This document shows positions 26,783 through 32,000 of a stretch of 32,000 nt of DNA, in pieces (within the stretch, counting starts at the first letter, position 1; every line of letters starts with the position of its first letter). This stretch comes from Candidatus Methylomirabilis oxygeniifera. Lineage in GTDB: Bacteria; Methylomirabilota; Methylomirabilia; Methylomirabilales; Methylomirabilaceae. The notes under the pieces are model-generated. The model worked only from the letters and a program-made list of their open reading frames with translations. It did no database searches and was not told the origin of the DNA. Position numbers and translations under genes: made by a program. The DNA lies in NCBI GenBank assembly GCA_000091165.1, contig FP565575.1, positions 690,001 to 722,000 on the forward strand. The letters run 5' to 3'.

Positions 26783-26801
26783 TTCAAACTGACCCACTAC
26801 C
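26783..26801 (-). repeat. Right terminal inverted repeat
   Basis: TTCAAACTGACCCACTACC, exact reverse complement of 21131..21149. Confidence 0.88.
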
Positions 26802-26809
26802 GCGATACG
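26802..26809 (+). repeat. Right target-site duplication GCGATACG
   Basis: Abuts the right TIR; identical to 21123..21130. Confidence 0.85.
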
Positions 26810-27092
26810 TAGCCTTAACCGGTTATGGTAAGTATGGGATATTACAGGTACAATCGTCACACGGTATCCGGAATTTGGGATGAGCTCTGGGATGGCGCAC
26901 GGCAAAAAAGAGGCGGCACCGCCGAGCCGTGCCTTCGAACGCTCAAGGAGGATTCGATGAGTAACCACGGGGCATTGGCGGAGTTAGACGCAGTGATCGA
27001 CAAGCACTTGCGATTCTAACATTGCGGTCGAGGGGGATGCGCTGTAGGCGGGTATTCGCCTGTCCGCCCTGCTTTCCTTCCTGTGCCCATCG

Positions 27093-28562
27093 TTACACCC
27101 GCGCGAAGTCGATGAACCCTTGCTCCACATTGGTGTCGAGGAGTTTGACGCGGACCCGATCGCCGACGTCCAGTCCCTCGAACCCCTGGATAACCTTACC
27201 CTCTGCGGAGGGATGGATGATACGCACCCAGGTCCCTTTCCTGGACGCGCCAGTGACGATGGCGTCGAAGTGCTGCCCGATCTTTGATTCGAGGAGCAGC
27301 GCGGCCGCCGATTTCCGGACCCGTCGCTCGACCTTGCTCGCATGGTCTTCCTGCTCGGTACAGTGCTGCGCGAGCGCGCCGAGCTCTTCAAAGCTGTACG
27401 GGACCCGGTGTTCAGCCAGCGCGGCTTTGAGCAGCCGCTGCGTCAGCAGGTCCGGGAAACGCCGGTTCGGGGCCGTGGAGTGCGTGTAGGCCGGGATCGC
27501 CAAGCCGAAGTGGCCCGGCGTCGTCCGGTCGGGACCCTCCACCACATACTCGCCTCGTCCGATCAGCTTGACGACGGTCAACGAGAGATCGGGAAACCGC
27601 ACCGGGTCCATCCGGCGCCGTATCGATAGAAACGTCTCCAGAGCGACGGCGTCCGGCTCTGGTGGAAGCCGTTCCCCCATGTGGGCTGCCAGATCTACAA
27701 TCCGCTGCCATCGGTCCGGTGAACGCAAGATCCGGCGCAGTGACGGCAGGCCCCGCGCCTCGAGGTACCGGACCGTCACACGATTCGCCGCAATCATAAG
27801 ATCCTCGATCAGCTCCTGGGCCCGGTTCTTGTCCTCTGCGCGCAGATCGGTCAGCACGTCGTCCTCAAACACGGCGCGCGGCTCGATCGTCTCCAGGCTG
27901 AGCGCGCCGTGCATGTGTCGCACGGTCCGCAGTGTCTGAGCCACCCGGTCCTGGACGCGGAGTTGCTCGTCGAGCCCGGTCACGGTGGCCACTCGTCCCG
28001 GGGCGGGCTCTCTGCCGTCGAGCCAGGCGGCCACGCTGTGATAGGTAAGCTTCGCGTGGTTGACGACCAATGCGCGATAGATATCCGAACTCCCGAGCGA
28101 GCCATCCTGGTTGACCACCATCTCGATCACGACGGCCAGCCGGTCCTCATCCTCGTTGAGCGACGTGAGATCGGTGGAGAGGGGCAGGGGGAGCATCGGG
28201 AAGATCTCGGCCTCTGTGTAGACGGACGTGGTGTTGTGCTGAGCGTGGGCATCGACGGCGGACCCCTTGCGCACCAGCGCGTCAACGTCCGCGACCGCTA
28301 CCAGGATCTTTACCGCTCCGCCGCCGAGGGGTTCTGCGACCGTAAGCTGATCGAGGTCGCGGGAGTCGTCATTATCGATTGAGCACCAGCACAGGCGTCG
28401 CAGATCCCGGATGGATGGGGTAGGCTTGGCCGCCGGACGTGTGAGTCCACTGATCTCCCGGACGACGGCGGGTGAAAAATCCGGGAGCAGCCCGCGCGCC
28501 AGCATCGCGCGGCGCGCAATTGCCTGGAGACCGTAGCGATGTCCTTGTCCGGTGTAATTCAT
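27093..28562 (-). CDS. RNB-domain exoribonuclease (RNase II/R family) with C-terminal S1-like domain
   Basis: CWCSIDNDDSRDLDQLT catalytic aspartates, YSEAE-like YTEAEIFPMLPLPLS, AIPAYTHSTAPNRRFPDLLTQR, C-terminal GTWVRIIHPSAEGKVIQGFEGLDVGDRVRVKLLDTNVEQGFIDF. Confidence 0.88.
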   Translation of the reverse strand: MNYTGQGHRYGLQAIARRAMLARGLLPDFSPAVVREISGLTRPAAKPTPSIRDLRRLCWCSIDNDDSRDLDQLTVAEPLGGGAVKILVAVADVDALVRKGSAVDAHAQHNTTSVYTEAEIFPMLPLPLSTDLTSLNEDEDRLAVVIEMVVNQDGSLGSSDIYRALVVNHAKLTYHSVAAWLDGREPAPGRVATVTGLDEQLRVQDRVAQTLRTVRHMHGALSLETIEPRAVFEDDVLTDLRAEDKNRAQELIEDLMIAANRVTVRYLEARGLPSLRRILRSPDRWQRIVDLAAHMGERLPPEPDAVALETFLSIRRRMDPVRFPDLSLTVVKLIGRGEYVVEGPDRTTPGHFGLAIPAYTHSTAPNRRFPDLLTQRLLKAALAEHRVPYSFEELGALAQHCTEQEDHASKVERRVRKSAAALLLESKIGQHFDAIVTGASRKGTWVRIIHPSAEGKVIQGFEGLDVGDRVRVKLLDTNVEQGFIDFARV

Positions 28563-28852
28563 CCCGCCGTAGTTCTCCGTTGGAGGTCACGGTAGAAATT
28601 TTCATGAGGGCCAACGGCCAGGAGTCGGATCAGTCGTTTTTGTATTTCCAGTCGGTAGGCTACCAGATATTCTAACTCTTGGTGGGTGAACTTGAAAACT
28701 CGCACTCCTTTTAACACACCGACCTTCGGCGTACCGATCAGGGGATCAGCGAGGATCATCCGGACTGCGGCATCGATAGCCTCCTGCAGGGACCTTGAGG
28801 CTTTTTTCTTCCGCCGGTGGAAGAGAGGCGTGACCACCGGCGCCCAAATCAC
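28559..28852 (-). CDS. RelE/ParE-type toxin-like protein
   Basis: VGVLKGVRVFKFTHQELEYLVAYRLEIQKRLIRLLAVGPHENFYRDLQR is typical of RelE-like toxins; start overlaps the antitoxin stop. Confidence 0.78.
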   Translation of the reverse strand: MIWAPVVTPLFHRRKKKASRSLQEAIDAAVRMILADPLIGTPKVGVLKGVRVFKFTHQELEYLVAYRLEIQKRLIRLLAVGPHENFYRDLQRRTTAG

Positions 28853-29082
28853 AGCACTCCCCAGGGATACGGCTCCAGGAGTCCTTGCTTTGCCTGTTCA
28901 TCCCCTTCCAGGATGTCCTGGATCATGGAGAGCGGCAGCTCCGGGTTTTCCTCTGCGATCATGGCCAGGAGGGCGTAGTAGCGGACCTGTTCCGATACAC
29001 TCCGCCCTTCAGCCTTGGCCTTGGCGGTGAGGCGTTTCTTCAGTACAGGGTCTAAGCGGATCGGAAGCACTGAGCCGGCCAT
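28849..29082 (-). CDS. CopG/RHH-like antitoxin
   Basis: ATG 29082 after AAAGGAGG; VLPIRLDPVLKKRLTAKAKAEGRSVSEQVRYYALLAM ribbon-helix-helix pattern. Confidence 0.75.
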   Translation of the reverse strand: MAGSVLPIRLDPVLKKRLTAKAKAEGRSVSEQVRYYALLAMIAEENPELPLSMIQDILEGDEQAKQGLLEPYPWGVL

Positions 29083-29188
29083 CGAGTCCACCTCCTTTGT
29101 GTTATACATTGTAGAGCGCAAGAGGAGGGGCGTCAAGTGTTGCTGAGGCAGAGCGTGTCGAGGCGCGCCACCGCACGATTGGCGATGA

Positions 29189-31888
29189 CTAGCCGAGTCG
29201 TTCGATGGCGACGGCGCAGACTTTGTATTCGGGGATTTTGGCGGAGGGGTCGTAGGCCGAGTTGGTCAGGATATTGGCTCCTGACTCGGCAAGCTTCACG
29301 AAGGGGATAAAGACCTCGCCTGTTCGGACGGCCTCGGTGATCTGGGTGTAGGCGGTCAGCTCGCCGCGACGGGAGGTGAGCCGAACGAGCGTCCCCTGAT
29401 CGAGGCCAAGTCGCCGGGCGTCTTCAGGATTGATGGCGACCTCGAGGCGTGGCGCCAGTTCGAGGAGCCCCTTGACCCGCCGGGTGAGTGTCCCGCCGTG
29501 CCAGTGGTACAAGACGCGGCCGGTGTTCAGGAGGAACGGAAAATTGCGGTCGGGTAGTTCTGCCGCCTCGGCTGTCTGAACTACAGGAATGAATTTGGCC
29601 TTCCCAATGGGGAACGACTCCGCATACAGGAAGCGGGTACCCGGATGGTCTGGTGTCGGACAGGGCCACTGAATCCCGCCCTCGCGGTCCAATCGCTCAT
29701 ACGAGATACCGGAGAGAAACGGGACCAGCCTCGCCATCTCATCGAAGACCTCAGCCGGGTGGGTATAGTGAAATCCCGAACCCGATAGACCGAGTTTATC
29801 GGCCACTCGTTTGGCCAACTCACTGGTAATCCACCAGTCCGGTCTGGCCTCTCCCGGGGGATCGATGGCCTTTCTGACACGCTGGACGCGTCGCTCAGAG
29901 TTGGTAAACGTTCCCTCTTTTTCGGCAAAGGCGGCCGTAGGTAGAAATACGTGAGCCAGCTCTGCCGTCTCGTGCAGGAACAGCTCCTGGACGACGAGAC
30001 AATCGAGACTGGAGATCGCGCGCTTGGCGTGGTTGAGATCGGGTTCTGTGAGGAGAGGATTTTCGCCGACCATGTACATGGCCCGGATCGATCCATCCAG
30101 ACACCCGTCGATCATTTCAGTGAGGGCCATTCCTGTGCTGTCGGAAAGTCGAACGCCCCAGGCCGCGTGGAACTTTTCCAACACCTCAGGAGTATAGGTC
30201 TGGTAACCGGGGAGGTGAGTAGGGAGGCAGCCGGCATCACAGCACCCCTGCACGTTGTTCTGGCCTCGGAGCGGCGAGATGCCGGAGCCGGCAAACCCCA
30301 TCTGGCCCGCGACAAGAGACAGGTTGACGAGGGCATGAACATTCGCCGTACCGTTGGTATGCTGGGTTATCCCCATCCCCCACATGAGGCAGGAGCCGGC
30401 GAAGGCGGGTTTCGCGTACCATCGCGCGGCCTGGGCGATCTGCTCCTGCGGGACACCGGTCATCTGCTCGGCGAACGACAGTGTGTACGGTTCCAGCGAT
30501 GCGCGCCATGCCTCGAACTCTTCGGTCCGGTTCCGCACGAACTCGATGTTGGTTAGTCTTTCGTCGATGATCACGCGAGCCATGGCGTTGAAGAGGGTCA
30601 CGTCTGTACCTGGTCGCTGCCGCAGCCAGAGGTCTGCCTGATCGCACAGCTCGATCCGCTTCGGGTTCACCACGATGAGCCGGGTGCCGCGGCTGACCGC
30701 CTGACGAAGGCGGACGGCGATCACCGGATGGTTCGACGACGGATCCGATCCGACGACCATGAGACAGCCTGCCTCCTCGTAATCGTCGTAGGAGTTGGAG
30801 GTAGCCCCGGAGCCCAGTGAGCGCAGCATTGCCACCACTGAGGGCGAATGGCAGAGGCGCGCACAGTGATCGACATTATTGGTGTCCGTCACCGCCCGGA
30901 CGAATTTCTGGACGACGTAGCCTTCCTCGTTGGTTGCCTTCGCCGAGGCCAGCGTGCCGAAGCGACCTTGGTTTCGAGCGATCCCTTCAGCTGCAGCATC
31001 CAACGCCTTGTCCCATGAGACCTCCTGCCATTGCCCACCATTCCGAATCATGGGACGCGTAATCCGGTCGGGAGCATGAACGAACCCTGCGCCGAATCGC
31101 CCTTTCACACAGAGCATCCCACGACTCGATCTATTGTTAGGGACATCGTCGGTCATCAGCGCGAGGCGCCCATCGGGGCGAACGCGAAGACGGATGCCGC
31201 AGCCGACGCCGCAGTAGGGACAGGTCGTCTCGACCTCGCGCATGACGGCCGAGGGCGCTTCCTTTGGGCGGATGGCTCCCGTCGGACAGGCAGCGACGCA
31301 CTGTCCGCACGAGGTGCAGACGGAGGATGCGAGGGAGCCGTCGCTGAAGACGCCCACCTTGGTCGCGCTGCTCCGCCCCAACAGGGCGATAGCGCCGATC
31401 TGTTGGACGTCATCGCAGGCGACGGTACAGCGGCCGCAGAGGATGCAGGCGTCCCGATCGAGGATGAAGAACGACTTGCTCTCGTCTACAGGCGTATGCC
31501 GCGATAGCGTAGGCATATGGCGGCGCTGGAAGAACCCGAGTCTGGCGCAGGCGTCGGAGAGCTGACCGAACCCCGGCCGATCGAATGAAGGGATCGCCAT
31601 GCCGCACGTGAGGTCGAAGACCCCGTTTCGGATCCGTGTGAGATCGGGATCATTGGTTGAGACCGCCATCCCCTCGCGGGCGGGGAGATGACAGGAAGCC
31701 GGGAAGCCGCGTATCCCTTCGACCTTGACCAGGCAGGTCCGGCAGGCACCGAGCGCCGGCCGATCCGGGTCCTTGCAAAGCTGCGAGAGCGGGATACCAA
31801 GCCGGTTCACGGCGTCGAGGACCGTGGCGCCGGGCTGGACGGTTACGACGGATCCATCGATAGTGAGGCTGATGACCGCATCGCCCAT
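29189..31888 (-). CDS. fdhF: Formate dehydrogenase alpha subunit (NuoG-like Fe-S N-terminus plus molybdopterin catalytic domain, Cys type)
   Basis: N-terminal 2Fe-2S ferredoxin domain (CKDPDRPALGACRTCLVKVEG), two 4Fe-4S motifs, CPYCGVGCGI, catalytic region NNVDHCARLCHSPSV, C-terminal MopB domain. Confidence 0.93.
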   Translation of the reverse strand: MGDAVISLTIDGSVVTVQPGATVLDAVNRLGIPLSQLCKDPDRPALGACRTCLVKVEGIRGFPASCHLPAREGMAVSTNDPDLTRIRNGVFDLTCGMAIPSFDRPGFGQLSDACARLGFFQRRHMPTLSRHTPVDESKSFFILDRDACILCGRCTVACDDVQQIGAIALLGRSSATKVGVFSDGSLASSVCTSCGQCVAACPTGAIRPKEAPSAVMREVETTCPYCGVGCGIRLRVRPDGRLALMTDDVPNNRSSRGMLCVKGRFGAGFVHAPDRITRPMIRNGGQWQEVSWDKALDAAAEGIARNQGRFGTLASAKATNEEGYVVQKFVRAVTDTNNVDHCARLCHSPSVVAMLRSLGSGATSNSYDDYEEAGCLMVVGSDPSSNHPVIAVRLRQAVSRGTRLIVVNPKRIELCDQADLWLRQRPGTDVTLFNAMARVIIDERLTNIEFVRNRTEEFEAWRASLEPYTLSFAEQMTGVPQEQIAQAARWYAKPAFAGSCLMWGMGITQHTNGTANVHALVNLSLVAGQMGFAGSGISPLRGQNNVQGCCDAGCLPTHLPGYQTYTPEVLEKFHAAWGVRLSDSTGMALTEMIDGCLDGSIRAMYMVGENPLLTEPDLNHAKRAISSLDCLVVQELFLHETAELAHVFLPTAAFAEKEGTFTNSERRVQRVRKAIDPPGEARPDWWITSELAKRVADKLGLSGSGFHYTHPAEVFDEMARLVPFLSGISYERLDREGGIQWPCPTPDHPGTRFLYAESFPIGKAKFIPVVQTAEAAELPDRNFPFLLNTGRVLYHWHGGTLTRRVKGLLELAPRLEVAINPEDARRLGLDQGTLVRLTSRRGELTAYTQITEAVRTGEVFIPFVKLAESGANILTNSAYDPSAKIPEYKVCAVAIERLG

Positions 31889-31890
31889 CT

Positions 31891-32000
31891 TTATCCCTTT
31901 CCGGAGATTTTAGGTGGGTTGGAGGCTATGTCTTCGGGAAACTGATCAAGCGCCGAGAGAAGTGACAGGGGCGCCGATTGACCGAGACCGCAGAGCGACG
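31891..32000 (-). CDS. C-terminus of NuoF-like formate dehydrogenase beta subunit (partial, 5' end outside the window)
   Basis: Reverse-strand reading ends ...SLCGLGQSAPLSLLSALDQFPEDIASNPPKISGKG*; SLCGLGQ(S/T)AP is the NuoF C-terminal 4Fe-4S signature. Too short for the ORF track. Confidence 0.75.
   Translation of the reverse strand, partial: SLCGLGQSAPLSLLSALDQFPEDIASNPPKISGKG

Larger units (their letters stand above)
21131..26801. mobile_element. 5.67-kb IS1-type transposon carrying restriction-modification, ImmA/IrrE and Panacea-toxin cargo
   Basis: Exact 19-bp terminal inverted repeats (21131..21149 and 26783..26801), exact 8-bp flanking direct repeats, one transposase whose stop codon lies inside the left TIR, AT-richer interior than the flanks. 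Confidence 0.88.

Noticed and set aside
29424-30647. Minus- and plus-strand ORFs inside the formate dehydrogenase gene
   Set aside because: They lie in alternative frames of a well-conserved 899-aa coding sequence.
1-32000. CRISPR arrays, rRNA and tRNA genes
   Set aside because: No regularly spaced direct repeats and no rRNA or tRNA-like conserved stretches were noticed; a tRNAscan-SE or Infernal run would be needed to exclude small RNAs.

Overview
This GC-rich bacterial window is dominated by multiheme c-type cytochrome genes, followed by a compact mobile element with selfish and defence cargo.

(1) ~1-11.2 kb, all on +: the 3' part of a DmsE/MtrA-like periplasmic cytochrome, an MtrB/PioB-like outer-membrane barrel, a Rieske protein, cytochrome b, a 9-heme membrane-anchored cytochrome, a 3-heme cytochrome, a 13-heme/cytochrome b561-type fusion and a NapC-like protein with up to 18 haem motifs. 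Together they look like a quinol-to-outer-membrane (extracellular) electron transfer locus.

(2) ~11.2-21.0 kb: a TPR protein, RNase T2, an esterase/lipase, a frameshifted membrane protein with a duplicated TPR-like tail, a small putative lipoprotein, a phosphatidylcholine-synthase-like enzyme, and an ABC transporter cluster (ATPase, ABC-2 permease, GldG-like, DUF4340-like).

(3) 21131-26801: a 5.67-kb element whose boundaries can be read directly. It has exact 19-bp terminal inverted repeats (GGTAGTGGGTCAGTTTGAA) and is flanked by an exact 8-bp direct repeat, GCGATACG (target duplication). It carries one IS1-type transposase and AT-richer cargo: Xre-ImmA/IrrE plus an unknown partner, a C-protein/MunI-like endonuclease/MT-A70 methylase R-M system, a small protein, and a Panacea antitoxin with an overlapping RelE-like toxin. 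This is the best candidate for a previously undescribed composite system.

(4) 27.0-32 kb: an antitoxin-toxin-RNB ribonuclease set with 4-nt overlaps, then NAD-type formate dehydrogenase alpha and the C-terminus of its NuoF-like partner.

Family names come from recognising motifs in the translations; no database search was run.
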